Both the position numbers and the translations under genes were made by a program. From an uncultured Gammaproteobacteria bacterium (GTDB lineage: Bacteria; Patescibacteriota; Patescibacteriia; Magasanikbacterales; GCA-002688135): DNA of 64,000 nucleotides. The notes beneath the pieces were generated by a model. That model ran no database searches and was not told where the DNA came from. It saw nothing but the letters and a program-made list of their open reading frames with translations. The DNA is taken from positions 8,623 through 72,622 of the forward strand of contig CAZHVT010000006.1 in NCBI GenBank assembly GCA_964536205.1, in the 5' to 3' direction. Shown here one piece after another: positions 56,250 to 64,000 of this stretch. How positions within the stretch are numbered: position 1 is the stretch's first letter; every line of letters begins with the position of its first letter.

Positions 56250-57605
56250 TCATGAAGCTCCTTGCAATGCTTCTGCTTCAGGATGTAACTCGAATAACGT
56301 GTCTCCAATCCATGCCACATCATCAAATGAAAATCCGAGTTGGGCGAATGTTTGTTCGTCAGGAATATATCTTCGTTCACCATTTGAAATTAAATATACT
56401 TTTGAATCGCCAATATTTGCGATGAGCGAGCCATCTTTAAATGTGATGGGATCGCCATCAAAATAATCTGCGAGTGCATCATCGTCTATTACCACTGGTG
56501 GTTCACCATTGAAATTTGAGGCAAGTAATCCATCACTCAACAATTCATGCTTCACGCCATTTTTTACATAGTAGGTGAGTGTGGAATTGCGAGCCTGCAA
56601 AAGTGCTCCGGTTGGATACGCAGATGCAGAAGTAATCATAGTGCCAATTTTGTAATGCGCGATTTCTGAAGGCACAACATCGATAATTTCCAGCGGATTA
56701 AATCCCAAAGATCTCATAGCTTCTTGAGATGCGAATTGCAACAACTCTTCGTCTACCAATAAATATGTTCTGATTCCTTGTCGAAGTAGAGAATAATTTT
56801 CATAGCTCATTGGAATTCCTTCGTCGATCATGTTGATGTCAGCGCGGTCGATAGTGACAATATCATTCTCATCGAAATACGAAACTAAAACTGACATTGA
56901 TGTGACGCGCCGACGTTTTCCTCGTTCTAAATACCACACATCTGGATCTTGATCTGCTTTCACGAGTAATCCGTCTGGATAGTCACGCTCAAACCATCGT
57001 CGCCAAATTGTTCGGAAATTTTTGTTTCCCTCAAGATGTGGTGTGTACGTATAGAGAAATGCAGTTGCATCATTTACTGGAATGACAACTTTTTCATCTA
57101 TCTTATATTCTTGCAACGCTCGTTTTATCCAAGGGTGTGAGCGTTTGTTTTCGATGTAAAATCTGAAGAGTGCGGCTGTTGAATCTACCTGCGTTGCAAA
57201 TCCCATGTGTTTTTTTATTCCCGGATCGCTTACATCACATGAATCACATACTGCAAATCCTGTTGCCCAATTGAGTTGTGAGAGGGAAGGGGATGGGTCT
57301 GTGATGAGTGACATTTCTTTTTGTAACATTACCAAAAGCACACGAGGGTTGATGTTGCTTCGTTGTGCAGCTCCGTAGATGATTTCGGCTGCAGATTTTT
57401 GTATATTATCGATGTCAAAAAAACGAAGGGATTTTAGAGCGCCGTTGTGGGCATCCAAAAGATTCTGGATATCATCGACATCCATCGTTCCCACATTCAC
57501 TAAATCTTTGTCCGTAATTACAAAACTTGGATTGAATTCTTCTTGTGCAGCTGCTGCGTTTGGCGCAATCAACACCAAAATAAGTCCGAAAACTAGCTTT
57601 TTCAT
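56250..57605 (-). CDS. secreted hypothetical protein (451 aa, signal peptide, internal YxxxNGxRRxI-type repeats)
   Basis: N-terminal MKKLVFGLILVLIAPNAAAA signal peptide. A TTGTCA-17-TATAAT promoter ends 8 nt before the ATG, which implies a leaderless mRNA. Confidence 0.6.
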   Translation of the reverse strand: MKKLVFGLILVLIAPNAAAAQEEFNPSFVITDKDLVNVGTMDVDDIQNLLDAHNGALKSLRFFDIDNIQKSAAEIIYGAAQRSNINPRVLLVMLQKEMSLITDPSPSLSQLNWATGFAVCDSCDVSDPGIKKHMGFATQVDSTAALFRFYIENKRSHPWIKRALQEYKIDEKVVIPVNDATAFLYTYTPHLEGNKNFRTIWRRWFERDYPDGLLVKADQDPDVWYLERGKRRRVTSMSVLVSYFDENDIVTIDRADINMIDEGIPMSYENYSLLRQGIRTYLLVDEELLQFASQEAMRSLGFNPLEIIDVVPSEIAHYKIGTMITSASAYPTGALLQARNSTLTYYVKNGVKHELLSDGLLASNFNGEPPVVIDDDALADYFDGDPITFKDGSLIANIGDSKVYLISNGERRYIPDEQTFAQLGFSFDDVAWIGDTLFELHPEAEALQGAS

Positions 57606-57671
57606 ACATCGTAATTATACGTCTTTTGTCGGGTGTTGACAATGATCCACAATTCTGTTATTGTATCCTCA

Positions 57672-58040
57672 TCCACGTTGAAGACCGCGTTATTCTAGTG
57701 TAGGTAGCGTATGGCGTCAGCAACATGTTCTTGAAAACGTATTCAACTTTCACACCATAAAAACTTGAGGGTACGGCCGAATTCGAGCCGATGGATGATC
57801 CTCATCAAAATTTTATTGATCCGTGGCCACGGATGGTGGAGTCGACTTGTACTGACTCAGAGAGTTTGACCGGCCAATCAATCACGTTGGAACGAATACG
57901 GAAACCTGAATGTGAACGGCAACTTCAGTTGTGCGTACAAAATACATAGGGAGGCTGCGCGAGTAGCCTCCCGACCCAATCAATTGAGAGTCGCAAGCGA
58001 CTTTCTAGTGGAGACGCCCAGCGTCTCCCTTTTTTATCCA
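57672..58040 (+). other. GC-rich (~50%) ORF-poor intergenic block with a TTGACA-17-TATTGT promoter (57636-57665) and two terminator-like hairpins; candidate ncRNA or small-protein locus
   Basis: No ORF >52 aa on either strand. Hairpins gggaggctgcgcgagtagcctccc and ggagacgcccagcgtctcc + T6. Composition is atypical for an AT-rich genome. Confidence 0.25.
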
Positions 58041-58079
58041 AAAAAATCAAAGTCGGAGTTCGAACTCCGACTTTGATTT
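58040..58079. terminator. bidirectional terminator: perfect palindrome aatcaaagtcggagttcgaactccgactttgatt flanked by A/T runs (clpB 3' end)
   Basis: Read directly. Confidence 0.65.
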
Positions 58080-58092
58080 TCAGACTTTTTAT

Positions 58093-60762
58093 TTAGGCTG
58101 TTGCTTTTGAAGTCTTTTTCATGACGGCCGCGACTCCGAGTTTGATTTTTTCGTTTTCGGCATCAATTTTTACTGTGTCTCCGGATGTTACATTTCCTTT
58201 GACAATCTCCATTGCAAGGGGATCGAGGATTTCTGTTTGGATTAATCGCTTGAGTGGGCGAGCGCCGAATGTAACATCATATCCTCGTTCTGCTAATACA
58301 TCTTTTACTGCATCGGAACATGTGACGGTGATTTTCTTTTTTGCTAATCGCTCCACTACGCGCGCTAATTGTAACTCAACAATTTCCTTGATGTTTTCTT
58401 TTGAGAGGGGATGGAAGATAATTACTTCATCCAATCGATTCAAGAATTCTGGCTTGAACTCTTCTTTCAATCCTTCACGAACGCGATCTTCCATGCGCTT
58501 TTCCAAATCATCTTCTTCTTCCGCGCCGAATCCAAGTGTGCCGCGCTCTGATAATCGCAAGATATCTTCTGATCCAACATTGGATGTCATGATGATAATA
58601 GTGTTTTTGAAGTTTACAACTCGGCCTTTTGAATCGGTTAAACGTCCATCTTCAAGAATTTGTAGTAACATATTAAATACGTCCGGATGCGCTTTTTCAA
58701 TTTCATCAAATAATACAACAGAATAAGGTTTGCGTCGGATGATTTCTGTAATTTGTCCACCTTCTTCATGGCCGACATAGCCAGGAGGGGAGCCAGTCAT
58801 TTTTGCAACAGAATGTTTTTCCATGTATTCAGACATGTCGATACGAACGAGAGATTCCTCATCATTGAACATGAATTCTGCGAGGGCTCGTGCTAATTCA
58901 GTTTTTCCGACTCCAGTAGGACCCAAGAAAATGAATGAACCAATTGGACGATTCTCCTCGGCGATTCCCGATCGTGAACGTCGCACTGCATTTGCCACAG
59001 CAGTCACTGCTTCGGATTGTCCGATCACACGACTATCAATTTCTTTTTCCATGCGTGCTAGTTTTTTCAATTCTTCCTCAAGCATCTTTGAAACAGGAAT
59101 TCCTGTCCATCGCGCAACAACAGATGCAATATCCTCATCATTCACTTCTTCTTTCAAAATGCGTCGCGAGATTTGTGTTTTTTGTAGATCTTTTTGTGTG
59201 GCTAAAATTTTGCGTTCCAATTCTGGAATTGTGCTATATCGAATTTCCGCTACTTTTTGCAAATCAGAATGACGTTCGGCAATTTCCGCTTTTTGTCGTG
59301 CTTGTTCTAACTTCTTTTTGAAATCACGAATTTTCGAAATGATTTTCTTTTCAGAATTCCATTGGATTTCTAAAGCTGAACTTTTCTCTTTTAATTCTGC
59401 AAGTTCACGCTCAATCTTTTTAAGACGATCGCCAGCTTCTTTATCTTTTTCTTTTTCAAGCGCTTTTTTCTCAATTTCCAATCGCATTTGATCTCGTTTC
59501 ATTCTGTCCAAATCATCTGGCATAGAATCGATTTCCATACGCAATGCCGATGCTGCTTCATCAATACAATCAATGGCTTTGTCTGGAAGTTGTCGATCTG
59601 AAATATATCGATCTGATAATTCCGCAGCTTTAATAACTGCGGCGTCTGTAATACGCACACCATGATGGACTTCGTATTTTTCTTTAATTCCACGCAAAAT
59701 CGCAATGGTGTCATCAACAGAAGATTCCTGCACCATCACTGGCTGGAATCGACGCTCAAGTGCCGCATCCTTTTCGATATATTTTTGATATTCTTTGATG
59801 GTTGTTGCGCCGATCGCATGTAGTTCTCCGCGAGCGAGAGCTGGCTTTAAGAGATTCGCTGCATCAATCGCGCCTTCTGCAGATCCCGCGCCAACTAAGG
59901 TATGCAACTCATCAATAAAGAGAATGATATTCCCCTCAGATTTATTGATTTCCTTCAAAACAGCCTTGAGGCGATCTTCAAATTCACCGCGGAATTTTGT
60001 TCCAGCCACAAGAGATCCCAAATCCAATTGGATGAGTTCTTTGTCTAACAATGATTCTGGCACGTCTCCATCTGCAATTCGCTGCGCTAAACCTTCTGCG
60101 ACGGCGGTTTTTCCCACACCCGGTTCACCGATGAGCACAGGGTTGTTTTTTGTTCGGCGTGTTACTACTTGCATCACGCGGCGAATTTCCATATCTCGTC
60201 CAATCACAGGATCGAGCTTTTCTTGTTTTGCTAATTGTGTGAGATTGATACCGTATTTTTCGAGTGCTTGGAATTTTGATTCTGGTTCTGGTGAATCTAC
60301 TTTTTGATTGCCGCGGATTTCTACCAGTGTTTTTTGTACATCGCTATATCGCAATCCGAAATGTCGAAGCAATCCATGAATTGAATTCCGAGATGACAAA
60401 AATCCGAGCAAAATATGTTCAGTTGAAATATATTCATCTTTCATTTTGTGTGCCTCCTGTCCAGAGGCTCCGAGAATACTCATGGTTTCGGGCGAGAGAT
60501 AAATTTGCCCGACATTGAATGAGTTATTTGAATAACCTTGTTGTTTTGGTAAACGTCCTAAAAATCTATTGATGGATGATCGCATGGCGTTAATATCGAT
60601 GCCGAGTTTTGCGACGGTCGCGACCACCGTAGAATTTGATTGTTCGATCAGAGCCTTAAAAAGATGAATCGGCTCAATTTGAGGCTGACCATTTTCTATT
60701 GAAATTTGATGCGCGTGTTGGAGCGCTTCTTGGGATTTGGTAGTAAAATTATTTGGAATCAT
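58093..60762 (-). CDS. clpB: ATP-dependent chaperone ClpB (Hsp100 disaggregase)
   Basis: N-domain, two AAA+ modules (GEPGVGKTA; GPTGVGKTE) and the middle coiled-coil. 889 aa. Confidence 0.95.
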   Translation of the reverse strand: MIPNNFTTKSQEALQHAHQISIENGQPQIEPIHLFKALIEQSNSTVVATVAKLGIDINAMRSSINRFLGRLPKQQGYSNNSFNVGQIYLSPETMSILGASGQEAHKMKDEYISTEHILLGFLSSRNSIHGLLRHFGLRYSDVQKTLVEIRGNQKVDSPEPESKFQALEKYGINLTQLAKQEKLDPVIGRDMEIRRVMQVVTRRTKNNPVLIGEPGVGKTAVAEGLAQRIADGDVPESLLDKELIQLDLGSLVAGTKFRGEFEDRLKAVLKEINKSEGNIILFIDELHTLVGAGSAEGAIDAANLLKPALARGELHAIGATTIKEYQKYIEKDAALERRFQPVMVQESSVDDTIAILRGIKEKYEVHHGVRITDAAVIKAAELSDRYISDRQLPDKAIDCIDEAASALRMEIDSMPDDLDRMKRDQMRLEIEKKALEKEKDKEAGDRLKKIERELAELKEKSSALEIQWNSEKKIISKIRDFKKKLEQARQKAEIAERHSDLQKVAEIRYSTIPELERKILATQKDLQKTQISRRILKEEVNDEDIASVVARWTGIPVSKMLEEELKKLARMEKEIDSRVIGQSEAVTAVANAVRRSRSGIAEENRPIGSFIFLGPTGVGKTELARALAEFMFNDEESLVRIDMSEYMEKHSVAKMTGSPPGYVGHEEGGQITEIIRRKPYSVVLFDEIEKAHPDVFNMLLQILEDGRLTDSKGRVVNFKNTIIIMTSNVGSEDILRLSERGTLGFGAEEEDDLEKRMEDRVREGLKEEFKPEFLNRLDEVIIFHPLSKENIKEIVELQLARVVERLAKKKITVTCSDAVKDVLAERGYDVTFGARPLKRLIQTEILDPLAMEIVKGNVTSGDTVKIDAENEKIKLGVAAVMKKTSKATA

Positions 60763-60774
60763 AATCCTTTGATT

Positions 60775-60796
60775 CCCCTCCCTATAAAGGGAGGGG
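60775..60796 (-). promoter_or_regulatory. perfect 8-bp hairpin in the clpB 5' UTR pairing the SD-like GGGAGGGG with CCCCTCCC (candidate SD-sequestering RNA thermometer)
   Basis: cccctccc-tataaa-gggagggg 12 nt upstream of the ATG. A second G/C hairpin lies at 60800-60826. Confidence 0.35.
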
Positions 60797-60869
60797 TTAG
60801 GGGAGGGTGTAATTTAACCCCCTCCTGACTTCCCCCTGACAGAGGAGGAACATTTCTATAATGTCTGTT

Positions 60870-60896
60870 TTAGCACTCTCTACCTGTGAGTGCTAA
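60870..60896. promoter_or_regulatory. CIRCE operator (HrcA binding site) TTAGCACTC-N9-GAGTGCTAA upstream of clpB, overlapping a minus-strand TTGACT-17-TACATT promoter (60895-60923)
   Basis: Exact match to the CIRCE consensus inverted repeat. Positioned immediately downstream of the -10, as in classical HrcA-controlled promoters. Confidence 0.8.
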
Positions 60897-60961
60897 TGTA
60901 ACGGATATCCACAAAAAAGTCAAGTATATATAGAATATAGCACAATATCGCGGAAAAGGCA

Positions 60962-60995
60962 TTGACAAACCCCGTTTTTTGTGTCATTTTATTAT
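60962..60995 (+). promoter_or_regulatory. promoter C: TTGACAAACCCCGTTTTTTGTGT(catt)TTATTAT, a diverged copy of promoters A/B with a 4-nt insertion
   Basis: 25 of 27 nt identical to promoter A through the spacer. It drives the tandem small-protein pair. Confidence 0.4.
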
Positions 60996-61042
60996 GTTGT
61001 TCTATCACACATGAATGTTACTATTGAGAGAGGAGGACAAAA

Positions 61043-61321
61043 TTGAGTGCTGTTTCAGATAGCTTACTGGTGAGTTTTCATGAACTTGTATATGTGAAGG
61101 TCAGCTGGAGAGAGGAGGATTTTGACCCTCTTAGTTCAGCGCCATCAGATTGTGCAAAAGAGTTCCGATCGTGGCTTGAGATCCACGAAATCACAGCCGT
61201 ACTTTCAACCAGCGAAACTGACTGCTGGGGAGGTTTATCTGGTTTTTATAAGCCAGCTGATGCTACAACAATCAAGAATTGGCTCAGTAGACACGAAGCA
61301 ACCATTAAGGAGGAGGGTTAA
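61043..61321 (+). CDS. small hypothetical protein (92 aa, TTG start), tandem paralog 1
   Basis: AGGAGGA SD 5 nt before the TTG. Shares a C-terminal W(L)xxx(E/G)ATIK motif and a CW motif with the next gene. Confidence 0.5.
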   Translation: MSAVSDSLLVSFHELVYVKVSWREEDFDPLSSAPSDCAKEFRSWLEIHEITAVLSTSETDCWGGLSGFYKPADATTIKNWLSRHEATIKEEG

Positions 61322-61322
61322 A

Positions 61323-61643
61323 TTGAGCACTTCATTTAACATAGTTCCGCTTGATAGAGACATCATTGAGATTACCCTGACTACTCAAGGAATAGGGAGG
61401 AGCTATACTCAGGCGAGTCTACTTGAGTACTTCAAGAAGTGGGTCGCAGATTCTGATATCAGACCGGAAATGAGCCCCGCGATCAGTACTGCAAGTACGG
61501 GAAATGATGTCTTTTGCTGGTCGAAGTTCAAGAAGGAGGACGCCAACCGAGTCATTTCTTGGCTGATGAACAACGGCGCGACGATCAAGAATGATTTCAG
61601 AGCCAATCGTGGCCCCACTCACAAGCGACTATTTTCCGATTAG
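61323..61643 (+). CDS. small hypothetical protein (106 aa, TTG start), tandem paralog 2
   Basis: aaggaggagggt SD. The TTG lies 1 nt after the upstream stop. The ORF track's 61122 start lies in the upstream gene. Confidence 0.5.
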   Translation: MSTSFNIVPLDRDIIEITLTTQGIGRSYTQASLLEYFKKWVADSDIRPEMSPAISTASTGNDVFCWSKFKKEDANRVISWLMNNGATIKNDFRANRGPTHKRLFSD

Positions 61644-61651
61644 AGAAAGAA

Positions 61652-61686
61652 CCCTGCACCTACGTGGTGCAGGGCTTTTCTTTTTC
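61652..61686 (+). terminator. rho-independent terminator (ccctgcacc-tacg-tggtgcaggg + T-run)
   Basis: Read directly. Confidence 0.7.
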
Positions 61687-61712
61687 TACCTTTTAGAGTA
61701 AGATCGGCGACT

Positions 61713-62480
61713 ATGATCAACTTCATGGGAGCACGATTAGATCCCTTTCCAACCGTCGTTATTGAGAATCGATTGGTTGATTTTTTATGTGGGGATGATA
61801 CGAAATTAATTACAACTCCAAATCCGGAGATGTTAATTTTGGGACAAAAGAGTGAGGATTTACAGACCGTTTTGCATCAGTCAGATTTGGGATGTGTTGA
61901 TGGAACTGGAGTTGTTGGGGTTTTGAAAATGAAGGGAATTCATGGTGTTGAGCGCGTGACTGGGGTTGATACGATGTGGACGTTAGCAAAGCTGTGTAGC
62001 GAGCAGAATAAAAAAATAATGTTGGTTGGAGCGCGTCCTGGGGTTGCTGCAGAGGCGAAACAGATGTTATTAGCGAAGTATCCCAATCTACATATTCATT
62101 CGTATGTGGGGCCGAATATGTCATACAAAATTGAGGGGACGAGTCCGTTTGCAAAAGACGATGAAGAGGTTTTGCAAGAAATCGAGAATTTCCAGCCGGA
62201 TGTTTTAGCGATTGCACTTGGAGCAGGGAAGCAGGAAATCTGGCTCAACAAGTATAAGGATCGATTTTCAAGTGTGAAAATTTTGATTGGGATTGGCGGG
62301 GCTTTTGATATGATTAGTGGTGCATTACCTCGTGCACCTTTGTTTTTCCGGAAGATTGGATTAGAATGGATGTGGCGATTGCTTTTACAGCCGACTCGCA
62401 TTGCACGCATTATGCGCGCGGTTGTGGTATTTCCACTGACAGCTATTAAACATGATATTTCCTATGAGCGTAAGAGTTAG
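61713..62480 (+). CDS. WecB/TagA/CpsF-family glycosyltransferase (GT26)
   Basis: Family-typical TPNPEMLI...GIGGAFDMISG...WMWRLLLQP motifs. Confidence 0.7.
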   Translation: MINFMGARLDPFPTVVIENRLVDFLCGDDTKLITTPNPEMLILGQKSEDLQTVLHQSDLGCVDGTGVVGVLKMKGIHGVERVTGVDTMWTLAKLCSEQNKKIMLVGARPGVAAEAKQMLLAKYPNLHIHSYVGPNMSYKIEGTSPFAKDDEEVLQEIENFQPDVLAIALGAGKQEIWLNKYKDRFSSVKILIGIGGAFDMISGALPRAPLFFRKIGLEWMWRLLLQPTRIARIMRAVVVFPLTAIKHDISYERKS

Positions 62481-63852
62481 ATTAGCACCGTCTCCAACAG
62501 GCTTTATTCATTTAGGTACATTGCGTGTTGCTTTGTACGATTATTTTTTTGCAAAACAAAACGGTGGAAAATTTATTTTGCGGATTGAGGATACAGATCA
62601 ATCTCGTGAAGTTGAAGGTGCTGTTGCAAATATTTTGAAAACGTTGCGTTGGGCAGGATTGACTCCAGATGAAGGTCCAGAGAAATTAGGAGGGGAGTAT
62701 GGGCCGTATACGCAATCTGAGCGCTTGGATATATATAGAACTCATGTCGATGGATTGTTAGCTTCAGGACATGCGTATTGGTGTGATTGTTCGCAAGAAA
62801 CCCTCAAAGAATCTCGCGAGCAACATCTTGGTTATCCTGGATTTTGTCGTGATAAAAAACTTGAGAGTGGGGACGTGGTTCGATTGAAAGTTCCGAAAAA
62901 TGGAGAGACGAAATTCACTGATTTGATTCGTGGTGAGATTTCCATTCCAAATAAAGATACTGATGATCAGATTATTTTAAAGTCTGATGGATTTCCGACG
63001 TATCATTTGGCGGTTGTTGTTGATGATCATTTGATGGAGATTTCGCATGTGTTTCGTGGAGAGGAATGGATTGCGTCGACTCCGAAACATGTGTTGTTGT
63101 ATGAAGCTTTTGGGTGGGATGCTCCGCAATATGCGCATCTACCTCTGCTTTTGAATCCAGATAAATCTAAATTATCGAAGCGACAGGGCGATGTTGCGGT
63201 TGAGGATTATATTGCGAAAGGTTATCTTCCTGAAGCTTTGTTGAATTTTATTGCATTGCAAGGTTGGAATCCAAAGGGTGATCAAGAATTGTACGACATG
63301 GATGAGCTCACAAAATTGTTTGATATTTCGAAAGTGAATTCTTCTGGAAGTGTGGTAAATTTTGAAAAGTTGGATTGGATGCAATCGCATTATATTAAGG
63401 AGATGTCTGATGGAGAATTATTGAAAGTTGCAAAACCGTTTTTGAAGAGGGAAGTTGATGATGAGAAGTTGGGGAAGATTTTGGATATGTTGAAAGATCG
63501 ATTGGTTAGGTTATCTGAAATTGATGAGCTTTCGGATTTTGTATTTGAATTACCTGATTATGATCCAGACATTTTGATTTGGAAGAAATCTGATGTTGTT
63601 ACTGCAACATCCATGCTACAAGAACTCAGGGAATATTTTGAAAATGCTAATTGTTCTGATGCAAAAAAACTTCAGGAAGATCTCACGAGTTGGATTGCCC
63701 AGCATGAATATAAGAATGGTGATGTATTGTGGCCGCTTCGCACCGCTCTCTCTGGTCAAAAAAACTCTCCGCCTCCGTTTGCAATTGCGTATGTTCTTGG
63801 AAAAGAGGAAGTACTTTCTCGACTCCAAACCGCGATTAAAAAACTTTCTTAA
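62464..63852 (+). CDS. gltX: glutamate--tRNA ligase
   Basis: HIGH-region PSPTGFIHLGTLRVAL and the KLSKRQG (KMSKS) motif. The ORF is trimmed to the ATG at 62464. Confidence 0.85.
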   Translation: MSVRVRLAPSPTGFIHLGTLRVALYDYFFAKQNGGKFILRIEDTDQSREVEGAVANILKTLRWAGLTPDEGPEKLGGEYGPYTQSERLDIYRTHVDGLLASGHAYWCDCSQETLKESREQHLGYPGFCRDKKLESGDVVRLKVPKNGETKFTDLIRGEISIPNKDTDDQIILKSDGFPTYHLAVVVDDHLMEISHVFRGEEWIASTPKHVLLYEAFGWDAPQYAHLPLLLNPDKSKLSKRQGDVAVEDYIAKGYLPEALLNFIALQGWNPKGDQELYDMDELTKLFDISKVNSSGSVVNFEKLDWMQSHYIKEMSDGELLKVAKPFLKREVDDEKLGKILDMLKDRLVRLSEIDELSDFVFELPDYDPDILIWKKSDVVTATSMLQELREYFENANCSDAKKLQEDLTSWIAQHEYKNGDVLWPLRTALSGQKNSPPPFAIAYVLGKEEVLSRLQTAIKKLS

Positions 63853-63875
63853 ATCGCCAGCGTACTTCACCAACC

Positions 63876-63948
63876 GTCATCCCGGCGTAGGCCGGGCTCC
63901 ATCGTATTTAACAGCATGGATCCCGGCCTACGCCGGGATGACGTTTTT
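63876..63948. repeat. 22-bp perfect inverted repeat (cgtcatcccggcgtaggccggg / cccggcctacgccgggatgacg) with 24-nt spacer, followed by T5; it terminates gltX, and each arm is a copy of the dispersed hairpin repeat
   Basis: Read directly. Each arm also contains the small ccggc-NNNN-gccgg hairpin. Confidence 0.75.
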
Positions 63949-64000
63949 AGGTACTTTGTGTTATACTTTTAAGGTATGCAAACCGCGCGTGTATTAGTGG

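Noticed and set aside
56072-56425. 117-aa plus-strand ORF
   Set aside because: It spans the LigB-like gene start, an intergenic region and the 3' end of the secreted-protein gene on the opposite strand. Low-complexity composition, no SD.
57606-58092. tmRNA or RNase P RNA in the GC-rich intergenic block
   Set aside because: No tRNA-like T-arm/CCA end or tag-peptide frame for tmRNA. No P4/CR-I/CR-II conserved motifs for RNase P. Kept only as an unassigned ncRNA candidate.

Overview
Low-GC (~38-40%) bacterial chromosome segment that uses the standard genetic code (TGA is a stop, e.g. folD), with small genes that are often truncated. The lineage is consistent with a reduced-genome Patescibacteria/CPR-type organism, but that is inference only. 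The core content is: cell-wall genes (PBP transpeptidase, murF, murC, murB); C1 metabolism (folD, glyA, tsaE); secretion (secA, secD with an inserted tandem parvulin module, secF); translation (alaS lacking the C-terminal domain, infA, the rpmJ-rpsM-rpsK-rpsD-rpoA-rplQ-rplM-rpsI cluster with an alpha-CTD-less rpoA, fmt, def, gltX, mnmA, hpf); tdk, priA, clpB under a canonical CIRCE element; and a glycan cluster (flippase, GT4-GT2 fusion, two O-antigen-ligase-like proteins, a WecB/TagA-like transferase). Accessory or unusual content is as follows. (1) Positions 1-9956 are GC-elevated and contain lineage-specific genes, including a two-gene operon for a MORC-like GHKL ATPase, a divergent operon, a protein with a perfect 114-bp intragenic tandem repeat, and a very acidic small protein. 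(2) A tRNA-Glu(CUC) is followed by two 115-bp tandem pseudo-tRNA 3'-end repeats and then a cysteine-rich surface protein. (3) There are three tandem tail-anchored paralogs. (4) GC-rich (~50%) small-protein cassettes (50.7-52.0 kb, 61.0-61.7 kb) share a portable promoter family with AACCGGTT palindromes. (5) A TraD/VirD4-like ATPase module has its start codon buried in a long palindrome. (6) A dispersed GTCATCCCGGCG..GCCGGG hairpin repeat family occurs at several sites. (7) A GC-rich, ORF-poor 490-bp intergenic region may encode an ncRNA. No CRISPR array, rRNA or integrase gene was seen. Several genes start with TTG or GTG, and several look leaderless (the -10 box sits 6-12 nt before the ATG).
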